Source: Rebecca billardiae RCC1528 (lineage: Eukaryota; Protista; Haptophyta). Taken from it: a DNA stretch of 64,000 nucleotides. The stretch's first letter is position 1. Every line of letters begins with the position of its first letter. The notes under the pieces are model-generated. The model searched no databases. It saw nothing but the letters and a program-made list of their open reading frames with translations, and was not told the DNA's origin. The stretch is from NCBI GenBank assembly GCA_965240325.2, contig OZ251224.1:2356001-2420000 (forward strand). Direction: 5' to 3'. The translations under genes were made by a program, and so were the position numbers. Of the stretch, positions 40,240 to 51,442 are shown in pieces.

Positions 40240-42690
40240 TCAGGGCGGCAGGTAGCACAGCGACTCGACGCCCGCCGCGGCCGGCCCATCGCCCTGCGGC
40301 TCGTCGCCGAGCGCAAAGGCACCGCACACGCCGTCGTGCCACGCGAGCCGCGCGCTGTATGCGCCGAGCGCCGTCGCGTTGCGCAGCCCTGGCACGGCGG
40401 GCCTGGGCGCGCGTGAGCCCTCGCCGCCGCCGTGCTCGCTCGCGTGGATGAGCGCGCGCGGCGGGCGCACGCGCAGCACGAGCAGTGTCGTTCCAGTGGG
40501 CACACTCGAGCCCGCCTCGCGCGCGTGGCGCCCGGCCCAGCGCTCGAGCGCGCGCGCGTCCAGCTCCGTGCCCGACGCCCACAGCGCGCGCGGCAGCTCG
40601 AGCGCTCGCTCGACGACGCGCCCGGCGGCCGCGTGCCGTCGCACGTCGACTTCGAGTAGCGCGCCCCCCGCTGTGTAGCACCCACACGGCGCGTCGAGGA
40701 GCGCGCGCGGGCCGGCGGCGCGCGCGAGGATGGGCGCGCCCCCTGGCGGGAAGGGCGGCACCCGCTGCGCCTCGGGATCCGGCGGCGGCGGGAGCAGGTA
40801 GCACTCGGGCGGCGGCGGATCGTCCGCCGCGCCGCCGCCGCCCTCGACCGCACGCGGCGCGCTGTCGCGCGCGCGCGGCGCGGCAGGCGGCTGCTCGAGC
40901 GGCGGCTCGATCGGCGCGGCGCACGCGAAGACACCCGCCGGCGGGGGCGGCCTCGGGCGCACGCGCTTCCCGGGCCCGCGCCCGAACTTGGTCGGTGTCG
41001 GCGGGCACGGCGCGATCCGGCCGACCAGCGTCTCTCGCAGCCGGCGGTGGAGCGTGCGCAGCGCCGCGCTCATGCGAGGCGCGAGCGGAGGCCACACAGG
41101 GAGCGCGCCCGCCGCGAGCGCGAGGCGCGAGACGGCGCGCACGGCGCGCGCGTGCGCAAGCGTCGGGTCGGCGCGCGCGCGCGCGCTCGCCGCGCCCGCC
41201 CGCGTCGCGTCGTCCAGGTGCCACGCCTCTGCGCCCAGCGCGAGCGCGAGGCGCACGCCCGCGCCGGCGCTGCTCACGCCCGCGCCGGCGGCGCCGGCGG
41301 CGAGCGCGCCGCCGGCTGTGCGGTTCGGCGCCGCCTCGCGCCCCGCGCGCGGCGGCGCGAGGATGCCCAGCACCTCGTCGGTCTCGTGCCGCCACCAGCC
41401 GGACGCGCGCATGAGCAGCCCCTTATCCGGCACCGTGACGAGGTGGCCGACGACCGGCGGGCCGGCGGCGGCCGTCTTGAGCTGCTCGAAGAGCCAGCCG
41501 GGCGCGGGCAGCGCGCGCTGGCGCGGCGCGCCCGCGTCTGCGCGGAGCAGCGGCAGCGCGCGCGCCGGCTTGCCGTCGCGCGTGCGGTTGAGCCACGCTT
41601 CGAGCCGGGCGGCCGTCGAGCCGCGCGCGCCGCTCGCGCCCATCAGCCCGCGCAGCTCGGCGCCCTCCGCCGCCGTCGCCGGCCGCACGCTCTGGTAGCG
41701 GCCTTTGAGCGCGTCGGCGAGCGCGCGCTCATCCGCGCGCGTCATGAACTTACGGGCGCGGCCGCTCAGCGTGTTGAAGGGGTGCGACGCGTTGAGGACC
41801 GAGTGGATGAGCTCGTCGTTCATCACGTCCTGGTCCATCGTGCCGAGCGGCTGGCCGCGCGCCGTGCGCGCGCCCGCGTGCACCGCGCGCACCAACTCCC
41901 ATACTCCGCGCACGAGCCGGTGCACGCCGCCGCCGGCCGGGCCGGCGCGCATGAAGACGCAGCCGCAGTTGAGGCCGGGCAGCCCGCCGTCGCGCTCGTA
42001 CAGCAGCGAGAAGGGCGCGAGCGCGCGCGCGTGCAGGAAGGGCAGCGGCGACGCCGCGAGGTGCACGTCCAGGTCGAGCATCAGAACGCTCACGCCGCCG
42101 CGCGCCAGCACCCGCTCGGCGAGGTGCCAGCGCAGGAGCCAGAGGTCGTTCAGCCGCGCCGACGGCTTGAGCTGCAGCGCGCGCAGCGTGGACGGCGCGT
42201 ACCAGCCGCACGCGAGCGACGACGCGCCCGGGGCGCCGTCGCCGAAGAGCGCGCGCGCGACGAGCGGGCGCGACGCGTACGCGCCGCTTAGCGCGGCGCA
42301 CGACGCCTCGGACTCGCGCACGAGGATGTAGTCGTGTACGCCCGCGGCGCGCAGCTCGCCCAGCGTGTTGGTCGCCCAGATGAGCTGCTCCACGCCCATC
42401 CCCTCGGAGACGAGGAGCACGAGCGTGCCGCTCGGCGCTTGCGCGGCCAGCATCGCCTCCAGCCCGCGCTCCGAGCACAGCTCGCCAAAGAAGGCGCGGC
42501 GCGGCGGGCGCGGCGGCGGCGCCGCCGCCGAGGCTGTGGGACGGGGCGGGTCGGCGCGCGCGACGGGCTCGAGGCGCACGATCGCGGCCGGGCTCCAGCG
42601 TAGCGTGCACCAGAGGAGCACCGCCGCCGCCACCGCGACCACCAGCGTGCTCGCCGCCATCGTCGACACGGCCGGCGGCCGGGCCGCCAT
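40240..42690 (-). CDS. Nucleotide-diphospho-sugar transferase (GT77-like), type II membrane
   Basis: N-terminal TM LVVAVAAAVLLWCTL, then LWLLRWHLA, GVSVLMLDLDVHL (DxD), LNCGCVFM, MDQDVMND. Confidence 0.8.
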   Translation of the reverse strand: MAARPPAVSTMAASTLVVAVAAAVLLWCTLRWSPAAIVRLEPVARADPPRPTASAAAPPPRPPRRAFFGELCSERGLEAMLAAQAPSGTLVLLVSEGMGVEQLIWATNTLGELRAAGVHDYILVRESEASCAALSGAYASRPLVARALFGDGAPGASSLACGWYAPSTLRALQLKPSARLNDLWLLRWHLAERVLARGGVSVLMLDLDVHLAASPLPFLHARALAPFSLLYERDGGLPGLNCGCVFMRAGPAGGGVHRLVRGVWELVRAVHAGARTARGQPLGTMDQDVMNDELIHSVLNASHPFNTLSGRARKFMTRADERALADALKGRYQSVRPATAAEGAELRGLMGASGARGSTAARLEAWLNRTRDGKPARALPLLRADAGAPRQRALPAPGWLFEQLKTAAAGPPVVGHLVTVPDKGLLMRASGWWRHETDEVLGILAPPRAGREAAPNRTAGGALAAGAAGAGVSSAGAGVRLALALGAEAWHLDDATRAGAASARARADPTLAHARAVRAVSRLALAAGALPVWPPLAPRMSAALRTLHRRLRETLVGRIAPCPPTPTKFGRGPGKRVRPRPPPPAGVFACAAPIEPPLEQPPAAPRARDSAPRAVEGGGGAADDPPPPECYLLPPPPDPEAQRVPPFPPGGAPILARAAGPRALLDAPCGCYTAGGALLEVDVRRHAAAGRVVERALELPRALWASGTELDARALERWAGRHAREAGSSVPTGTTLLVLRVRPPRALIHASEHGGGEGSRAPRPAVPGLRNATALGAYSARLAWHDGVCGAFALGDEPQGDGPAAAGVESLCYLPP

Positions 42691-42784
42691 CGTGCACAGA
42701 CCCGCTGGCGCAGCGACCTCGGCGCGCGAGACCTGTCGGCCTGCCGCTGATACGAGGCGGGGCGCCGACCTGCGGCCAGACGCG

Positions 42785-45700
42785 ATGGCGCAGCTGGCCA
42801 AGTCGACGTCGATGCAGAGCAACGCGTCGGCGGACGCTAGCAACGCCATCTTCTTCGTCGGCTGGCCCGAGCGCTTCCACCTCGCCGAGCGCTACGCGGA
42901 CGAGGTGCTGATGCTCGGCTCAGAGCTCACAGACAGCGACAAGCTGCTGCTCGGTGCGCGCCGCCGCCGCGCGCGTGCGCGTGCGCGGCCGAGGCGTCGG
43001 CGTCGGCGCTGGCGCGTGCGCGCCGCGCCTCGCGCGCGATTGGCTCCCAGCCCTTCGCCCTCACGCCGCGCCTCGCCGCGCCTGCGCGCTCCTCGCCGAC
43101 GCAGAGAGCCTCCGCAGCCAGGCGAACAATGGGCCGTGCACCGCGCCGCGCCCGTCTCTCTGGGACAAGGAGGCGATGGTGTGCGCGCGCACGCGGCGGC
43201 GGGCCGGAACGCGCGCGGCGCACGCGCACGCGCCACGCGCACGCGCACGCACCCACGCGGCGAGCCCGCGCGCGCGCTCGCGCGCCCGCGTGCCTGCCCC
43301 CGCGCGCCCGCGCGCAGGCGCGCTGGTCCAGCTGGCGGCAGCTCAAGAACATGTCCGTCCCGGAGGCGATGAACCTGTACGTGCGCGCGGTGGGCGAGCT
43401 GGACGCGGAGTGGTGGCGGTGGCCGCCGCTCGGCGTGGTGGAGGCGCCGCCCGAGCCGCCGGCGGAGGGCGCGCCGGCCGGCGGCGGCGCGTGGCGCGAG
43501 GCGACGGATGGCGGCGACGACGACGACGACGACTCCGAGTACGTGCCGGGCGAGGAGGAGGAGGAGGACGACGACGAGGAGGAGGACGACGAGGAGCACG
43601 GTCGGGGTGGCGAGGCGGCCGCGGCGGCCGGGGCGGCGGGCGGCACGCGCGCGGGCGGAGCCGGCGCCACGCTCGCCGAGGGCGACGGCGCGGCGGCGCG
43701 CGCGCAGCAGATGGAGCGAATGACGCGCTCGCTCGCGGCGCGCGCGCAGCTGACCATGCAGCACGGGTGGCAGCCGATGCGCACGAGCGGCCTGGCGCCG
43801 CGCGCGCACTACCGACACGCGGCGGCCGTCAGTACGCGCCCGCGCGACCCACCGCCGCGGCGCGCGCGCCCGTGGGCCGCCGCCGCGATCGCCGCGCGCG
43901 CGTGCGCGCGCGCGCGCTCATTGCCGCCCCCGCGCCGCCGCCGCCGCCCCCACGCACAGTCGGCGCGCACATGTACGTGTTCGGCGGCCGGACGCACGGC
44001 GGGCGGCTGCCGGAGGGCGTGCGAGTCCTCAGCTTACTCACGTGCGAGTGGTGGGCCCCCGAGGTGGAGGGCGCGGTGTCGCCGCGCTGGGCACACACGA
44101 TGAACGCCTGGCGGCACATGGTCGTCGTGTTCGGCGGGCACCGCAAGCGCGAGTACCTCAACGACATCGCGCTGCTGGACACGCACAACCTGTGCTGGGT
44201 GCTCGACAAGACGACGGACGCGCGGGCATCCTCGTCCGCGCCGGGCAGTGCCGGCGGCGCCGCGGCCGCGGCCGGCGCTGCGACCGGCCGGCCGAGCGCC
44301 AGAGCCTACCACTCGGCCGCTCTGATCTACAACACGCTCTACGTGTTCGGCGGCGAGGGCGCGGCGGGGCTGCTGCCCGCGGACGTGCACGCGCTCGACC
44401 TGCTCACGCTCAAGTGGCGGCGGGACGCGTGCACGGGAGCGGGTGCGCGCGCGCGCGCGCGTCGCGCGAGCGTGCGCGCGCCGCGCGCGCCGCCATGCGC
44501 CTCTGCCGCCCTGAGGCACGGGAGCGCTCGCGCTGACCCGCGCGCTCGCTGGCGCCGCCGCCGCCGCCGCCGCCTCCGCCGGCGCGCGCGCAGTCCCGCC
44601 GCCCGTGCGCGACCACGTCGCCGCGGCGGTGGGCACGCGGATGATCGTGGTCGGCGGCTCGACCGCGAGCGGGTACGTCGATGGCTCGCAGCTGAGCGTG
44701 CTGGAGACAGCGGAGATGACCTGGGCGCGGGTGCCGTGTCGCGGCGCGGTGCCGAGCGCGCGCGCGGGGCACGCGGCGGCGCTCACCTCGGCGACGCACG
44801 AGGTGGGCGCGGACCTGTGCATCTTTGGCGGCGGCGACGGGACGCGCGGCTTCGCGGACCTCTTCAGGCTCGACCTGAGCACGAACGAATGGGCAAAGGC
44901 ACGTGCCCCGCGCGCGCGCGGTCAAGCGCGGCGCGGGCGCGACGGCCGCGCGCGGGGCGCGCCGACGACGCGCGGCGCGCACGCGGCCTGACTGGCGGGA
45001 CCCGCCGCGCCGCGCGCGCCGCCGCTGCCCCCTCCCCCGCGCGCCCGCCCACCCGCCCGCGCCGCGCGGCGGCCGCGCAGGTGAGCTCGCCCGCCGACGG
45101 CGCGAGCGGCGCGCGCGGCCTCACGCCGCGCGAGGGCGCGACGTGCGTCGCCGCGGGGACGCTGCTCGTCGTGTTTGGCGGTTACACGGCGCTCGGCTGC
45201 TCGGCGGACACGTACACCGCGACGCAGGGGATCAGCGGCAGCGCGCTGCAGGAGAGCCTGCTCGCGCGCGACGCGGCGCCCGGCCGCGCCGCCGGCACCG
45301 ACGCCGATGCCGACGGCGGCGCGGATGCCATGCCCGAGGCCGCCGACCGCGCGGCTTCGGCGCCGGCCGCGGCGCCGCGCTCGGCGCCGCGCGGCGAAGG
45401 GATGCTTGTGCTGCTCGCGAGCGCGGACGCGCAGGAGGTGGGCGCGGCGCAGGAGGTGTTCGCGCGCGCGCTGAGCTCGGCCGTGCTCGGCGTGAACGCG
45501 AGCGCCGGCGAGGGCGAGTGGCAGCCCGTCGGCCATGACGAGGCGCTCGGCGCGGCGCTGCAACGGCTGGAGCTGCTGCAGCTGCAGCTCGCGCGCGCGC
45601 CGCCCGACTCGCCCGCGCGCCGCGCCGTGTACCTCGCCTCGTCGCACTGCGGCCTGCTGCCGGTGAGCGCGGCGTCGGAGGAGCGCTGGTTCCTCTTCTA

Positions 45701-45986
45701 CTGGGCGGTGGTGCAGCACGTGCCCACCGGCCGGCGCGCCTCCGCCATGTCCGCCGGCATCGAGCTGAGCGCCGCGCTCGTTGCTAAAGCGCGCGAGACG
45801 CGCTTCACGCGCTCCGTGCTCGCGCTCGCCCGGGAGGAGATGCCCGATGGCCGCGCAGCGGCGCACCTGGACGTGCAGGAGCAGCTGACGCGCGGGCTGA
45901 TGACGATGCACGCGCAGCTCACCGAGGCGTGGTACTCGGCCATAGGCGCGCTGCTCGCCGCCGGCGGCGTCGACGCGCCGGCGTAG
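42785..45986 (+). CDS. Acyl-CoA-binding domain + Kelch repeats + C-terminal YjjX/NTPase_I-T-like domain (multi-exon)
   Basis: WPERFHLA..DKLLL|..QANNGPCTAPRPSLW..|ARWSSWRQLKNMSVPEAMNLYV resembles plant ACBP4/5. Kelch motifs MYVFGG, MVVVFGG, LYVFGG, IVVGG, CIFGG, VVFGG. C-terminal QPVGHDEALGAALQRL. Confidence 0.8.
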
Positions 45987-46152
45987 CCCGGTGCCAGCAT
46001 CGTGCTGCCAGCGCCTCAGCCTCAGCAGCCTCACCAGTGTGCACTGGCCTGGGGCCGGAAGGCCTTGATGCACTGATGATGTAAGCGGGAGTCAGCGGGA
46101 GTCAATCTCGCCTGCCTGACGAGCTGCTGTGTAGTGCGTCATATCAATAATC

Positions 46153-46252
<100 letters not shown>

Positions 46253-46259
46253 TTAGTAG

Positions 46260-46615
46260 TTATGGCCCGCGGTGCAGGGCGGAGCGCGCAGCGTGGAGCC
46301 CGCACCAGCGGGCCCGAACCACGTTTCAAAAAGATCTTTGATCGTCAAAGAAAAAAGGGACGGGGGACGATTTTCAGGGCTGGAGGAGACCGAGTTTCGA
46401 ATTTTGAGACTCCCTTACAGGTGCATCCTCGTCGAAAAAGGTCGCGCCCGGCTCTTTTGTATTCAGAGGAATCAACGAAACCCGCGCCCAAGTGTGCCAG
46501 GCAGGGTAATTGTGGGTAGACTCTCGTTCATGTGTGACCATAGTAAAATAAATATGGCCTCGCCGGCCGCCGCCGCAACGACTCTCATCGTATTTATCTT
46601 CACCGCGGGCCATAA
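46260..46615. mobile_element. MITE-like element with 15-bp perfect inverted termini
   Basis: ttatggcccgcggtg (46260-46274) and caccgcgggccataa (46601-46615) are exact reverse complements. They can be read as TA + TIR...TIR + TA. Interior is lower GC with no credible ORF. Confidence 0.55.
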
Positions 46616-46717
46616 TGTATCGTACCCGCGTATGCCGAAAGCTGGGATTGCAGAGGAAGCGGGTCGCGTGTGACCGGACTCTTTATCATACCACTCGTTA
46701 CCTGATCGTCGCCATCT

Positions 46718-47041
46718 GACAAATGGTATTCATCAAGGAGCCATCAGGAGAACGAATCCACCGCTTCGTGACGACAAATGGTATTCATCAATGAGCCATC
46801 AGGAGAATGAATCCACCGCGTCGTAACCTACTGATCAGAGAGCTACCCGGCACGCAAGGCACTAGTTCTTGATCAGAGAGCTACATTCATCAAGGAGCCA
46901 TCAGGAGAACGAATCCACCGCTTCGTGACGACAAATGGTATTCATCAATGAGCCATCAGGAGAATGAATCCACCGCGTCGTAACCTACTGATCAGAGAGC
47001 TACCCGGCACGCAAGGCACTAGTTCTTGATCAGAGAGCTAC
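46718..47041. repeat. Nested tandem repeat: 157-bp unit x2, each built from ~55-bp subunits and tgatcagagagctac boxes
   Basis: 46728-46884 repeats as 46885-47041. gacaaatggtattcatcaa occurs at 46718 and 46773. Confidence 0.9.
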
Positions 47042-47116
47042 AACAGGCACGTGCCGAGGTGAAAGAGGTCGTCAACTGCGGAGCCTGTCCAAGGGAGTGC
47101 CTTGCGACGCACATCG

Positions 47117-47400
47117 ATGGGCGACACAGACCAGGACTGCGCTCTCCGCGTGTTGAACATGCTGCGCGACTCAGGGGCAGTGACGACGAAAGGGGGCAAT
47201 AACACGCTCTCGAGCATTGCTGCTGCCATCTCAGTCGTGAGGCGCAAGCATGACGTGGGCTCTGCGGCGGTGAAGTACTGCGTGCCGCGCCGATCGATCT
47301 ACAACATCCTTGGCAAGGTCCGCACCGTGCTGGAGGACGATGGCGCACTCGGCAGGGGGAGCGCGGCGCGGCTGATCACCGACTTCACCACGCGCCCCGC
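47117..47400 (+). mobile_element. pogo/Fot1-like transposase N-terminal relic (pipsqueak-type HTH)
   Basis: SIAAAISVVRRKHDVGSAAVKYCVPRRSIYNIL fits the psq HTH pattern (A+..V......AA..Y.VP..++). No DDE domain visible downstream. Confidence 0.5.
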
Positions 47401-47659
47401 AGGCCAGCTCCCTCCCTCCTCCTCACCCGGCCCAACAGCTGGCAGCCGCTTTGCGGCACTCACTCTCGGCCCGCGCCGGCGAGTCTGTCTGCAGCGCTGG
47501 ACGGGCGGACCTAGGAGGACGAGCTGCGGCGCGGGCGACGGTGGTGCGCGACGTCCCCAGAGCTGGCCGTGCCTCTGCGACGCGTGCCGAGCCCGACCGA
47601 GGTGTGTCACCCCGTGACCCCGTGCAGTGCACGCGCGGCGCGCGAAATAACGATCACGG

Positions 47660-48000
47660 GTGCCCTCGCACCTCGGCACACACAGTGCTCCCTCTGGCTG
47701 TCAGCTCCGCGTAGATAGAGTTGCGCTCATGCGTCGATCACGCCTCGCGCCCGCCTGTCGGCCGTCGCGCAGGCGCTGGTCGAACCCTACTCGGACCAGT
47801 GCAAATCATCTACTGACTACTCCTGGCGCTGCCGCGGCGCGCGGTGACGACACTGTCGACAGACAGCGCGGTCAGCAGCAGCGGCCCGAACGAATCCGCG
47901 GCCCCGCACAGTGTTCCCTGGCTGTCAGCTCCACGTGGCCTGGCGTGCACGTGGAGTCGCGCTCATTCGTCGATCACGCCTCGTCGCATCCGCCTGTACA
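47660..48000 (+). repeat. Degenerate direct duplication (~230-bp spacing)
   Basis: cacagtgctccctctggctgtcagctcc vs cacagtgttccctggctgtcagctcc, and cgctcatgcgtcgatcacgcctcg vs cgctcattcgtcgatcacgcctcg. Confidence 0.7.
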
Positions 48001-48739
48001 CAATCCGGGCGCCGCGCCGGCGGCTGCGATGGGCCCGCGCCCGCGGCGCCGGCGCCGGGGCGCAGCGGCGCGCCGCTGGAGTCTAGTTGTACGGGCATGC
48101 AACTGGTCTGTCAATAGACGACTGCGACGGAGGGTGCACCGCCACCGCGGGCCCCGAACTACGTTCGTTCTACGGAAAAGGACCGCGGAACGCGGTCATT
48201 ATATATATATATATAACTGATAAGTGATATATAGCAGCAGAATAATTAATAACTAGTGTCGTCAGCGCAGCATGACTTATGCGGGACCGGACGACATGCA
48301 GCGCGGTACTGGTATATATATATATATATAGATATACTCGGCTGGCGTAGTCTACTGATGCTCCGGTACTATAGTCTATATCTATACCCTGCTTTGCCGC
48401 GCCTTTGCGTGTGCCGGCCCGCGACAGTACACTCACACTGCACAGTCGTACCGGTACCGTCACGCTGAGACTGAGTACTACGCTGAGCATCTGACGCAGC
48501 TGCTTCTGGAATGCCGCCGGGCCGCGGCGTTGTTGTGCGCCGACGATGCGCATCCGAGCTAGCTACAGTTAGTATTATACTAAGAATAAGAGACGCACAC
48601 AGCTCAGGCAGGCGAGATGCGCGCGTGCGCACCAGCCAGCGGTATAGGGATTCCGCGGTCCCGGGGCCCGATGACTCATGACTCATCGCGGCACCGCCGG
48701 CACCATGCGCTCGAGGTGTCCACCGCGGCGTCGTACAGG

Positions 48740-50323
48740 TCAGTCATGCGATGAGCGTGGCTGGCCCTCTCGCCACGCGGTGCAGTGCGGCTTGTGCGCC
48801 GCCCATGCGCGCCGCAGGTGCTCGCGGCAGCAGAAGACCGCCACGTGGCACCGCTCGCACTTCCTCACGCCGTGGCCCGACTGTGCGCACACCATGCAGC
48901 ACGCGGAGGCCACCTCGCGATCTCCGGCGAAGGCGCTGAGCAAAACGATCGGATCCACTGTGGCGCTGTCAAGCTCGTGGCCACGGTGCAGCAGCCGCGC
49001 GCCTTCCTCCACATCGCGCTCCACACCCTGGCCCGCCAATGTCAGCCGCCCAAGCCGGCACCAAGCGGATGGCCAATCGGCATCTGCCGCCAGCCGGTAC
49101 AAGCGCACCGCCTCGGCCAGATCCAATGGCACGCACTCGCCTGCCTCGAAGCACGCGCCCAGGAGGCACTGCGCCGCTGGATTGCCCTGCTCGGCCGCCA
49201 GCCGGTACAAGCGCACCGCCTCGGCCATATCCTGCGGCACGCCCTCGCCCTCCTTGCAGCACCAGCCCAGGTTGGACTGCGCCCCTGCGTGGCCCTGCTC
49301 GGCCGCCAGCCGGTACCAGCACACCGCCTCGGCCATATCCTGCGGCACGCCATCGCCCTTCTCGCAGCACCAGCCCAGGTTGCACTGCGCGGCTGCGTAG
49401 CCCTGCTCGGCCGCCAGCCGGAGCCAGCGCACAGCCTCCGCCATTTCCCGCGGCACGCCCTTTCCCTCCGCGCAGCACATGCCCAGGTTGTACTGCGCAA
49501 GTGCTTCGCCCTGCTCGGCCGCCAGCCGGTACCAGCGCGCCGCCTCGGCCATGTCCTGCGGCACCCCCTTGCCCTCCTTGCAGCAATTGCCCAGGTTGTT
49601 CTGCGCAGCTGCTTCGCCCTGCTCGGCCGCCAGCCGGTACGAGCGCGCCGCATCGGCCATGTCCTGCGGCACGCTCTCGCTGGCCTCGCAGCACACGCCC
49701 AGATTGTACTGCGCATCTGCATCGCCCTGCTCGGCCGCCAGCCGGAACCAGCGCGCCGCCTCGGCCATATCCTGCGGCATGCCCCTGCCATTCTCGCAGC
49801 ACAGGCCCAAGTTGAACTGCGCATCTGAATCACCCTGCTCGGCCGCCAGCCGGTACCAGCGCACCGCCTCGGCCATATCCTGCGGCACGCCCTCGCCCTT
49901 CTCGCAGCATACGCCCACGTTGTACTGCGCAATTGCGTCGCCCTGCTCGGCCGCCAGCCGGTACCAGCGCGCCGCCTCGGCCATGTCCTGCGGCACGCCC
50001 TTGCCATTCTCGCAGCACTCTCCCAGGCTGTGCTGCGCTCGTGCGTAGCCCTGCCCGGCCGCCAGCCGGTACCAGCGCACCGCCTCCGTGTGGTCCTCGG
50101 CCATTCCGCCGATCCCCTGATGATGACAGGCGCCGACTTGCCACTGCGCGTCCGCCGACCCTTGCTCGGCGGCGAGGGCGAGAAGCCGACGCGCCTCGAC
50201 CGTGTCCTGTGCGATGCCGTCGCCGTTGTCCACGCGCTGGGCGAGGAGGAACGTGGCGCGCGCGTCACCTCGCGCCGATTTGCGCTGAAGCAGCCTCACG
50301 CCGGCGCTACGGCGCGCATCCAT
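48740..50323 (-). CDS. Sel1-like repeat protein (12 repeats) with C-terminal MYND finger; paralogue of 23272-24405
   Basis: Same N-cap (VRLLQRKSARGD), same repeat consensus, and CMVC..KCERCHVAVFCCREHLRRAWAAHKPHC. Confidence 0.92.
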   Translation of the reverse strand: MDARRSAGVRLLQRKSARGDARATFLLAQRVDNGDGIAQDTVEARRLLALAAEQGSADAQWQVGACHHQGIGGMAEDHTEAVRWYRLAAGQGYARAQHSLGECCENGKGVPQDMAEAARWYRLAAEQGDAIAQYNVGVCCEKGEGVPQDMAEAVRWYRLAAEQGDSDAQFNLGLCCENGRGMPQDMAEAARWFRLAAEQGDADAQYNLGVCCEASESVPQDMADAARSYRLAAEQGEAAAQNNLGNCCKEGKGVPQDMAEAARWYRLAAEQGEALAQYNLGMCCAEGKGVPREMAEAVRWLRLAAEQGYAAAQCNLGWCCEKGDGVPQDMAEAVCWYRLAAEQGHAGAQSNLGWCCKEGEGVPQDMAEAVRLYRLAAEQGNPAAQCLLGACFEAGECVPLDLAEAVRLYRLAADADWPSAWCRLGRLTLAGQGVERDVEEGARLLHRGHELDSATVDPIVLLSAFAGDREVASACCMVCAQSGHGVRKCERCHVAVFCCREHLRRAWAAHKPHCTAWREGQPRSSHD

Positions 50324-51442
50324 GGGCCCGCGAGTGCGACTACTGGTCGTGCCGCTCGATCTCGTGCCAACCCGCCATCGCACGCGGCAGCCCCTAACCG
50401 AGCGCAGGAGTTTGGGGGGAGGGCCGGGGCGGGGCGGGGCGGTGAGCCGCGTTGCCAGCCGCTCGGTGGCGCCGCCGCCGAGGTCATCTCCGCGTCACAC
50501 ATCGACGTGCGTCGGTGTGATGTGTCTCATCGGGCGTGTGTGAGTACTTGCAGGGGCCCTGCATTCCTTTAAGGCTCGGCATCGCACTCCTCCGAGTGTG
50601 CACGCTCGTCAACGCCGTGCCGTGCGACTGCTGCGCGTGTGGGCTGACACGCCGGCAATGTAGGCGAGACGAGCGCGGCTGAGCGCCAAGAGATGGGCGC
50701 TTCCACGCGGGAGTAGTCGGGTGCCAGGCCCCGATCCCTCGCGCATCGGCTCGAAGCGTGCCTGAAGCATTGGGCACTCTCCTTCACAGTCTTGTCTCCC
50801 CCATCCCAAGCTTAGCTACAACACCGCAGAACGATGACGTGTTTCTGCGCATGCGATTTGGAGTTTGGACAATGGTGTCCATGGTCATCGCGTGGGCAGC
50901 GGACAGACTCGCTACTTCAGCTCCAGGCGCGCTGACTGGCCGTGAGGCAGTGACTGAGTCACTACTGAGTGCCAGCTCGTCTGGGCGGTCTGGCGCTGAT
51001 GGGCACGACGGATGCCTGACTGAGTGAGTGAGACTGCCTGACACGAGAGCCTGATATCTGCGAGCGGCGAGTCCGCGACGATGGCGAGGTGGCATATGCT
51101 ACTGGGCGACACCGTGCTCCCCTCTCGCCCGTGCTCGCAGTATCGTCGCCCTCGCGCTGAGGCTTCCGGCCTCCGGGCCGTCGTCGCCCGGATGCCCTGA
51201 GTCCCGCGGGCCTGAGTCATACCGCGGCGCCGGCGCGCGCACGGCGCAGCGGCCCTTGCACTGCATCGACGCGGCGGCGAGGCTACTGTACAATGTGCTG
51301 TGACGGAGCGGGTGGCACAGCTGCACCGCGGGCCCCCAACTATACGTTGGTTCTGACGGAAGAGGAACGCGGAACGCGGTCATTATTTCGTCGATGATGA
51401 TATAGACGCACTAAATAAGGACAGGCGGCTTGCTGATGCGGC

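Noticed and set aside
46718-47041. Possible CRISPR array
   Set aside because: The intervening sequences are themselves duplicated rather than unique spacers, there are no cas genes, and the context is eukaryotic.
48970-50100. Regularly spaced ccctgctcggccgccagccgg repeats resembling a repeat-spacer array
   Set aside because: The 108-bp period is in-frame Sel1 coding repeats.
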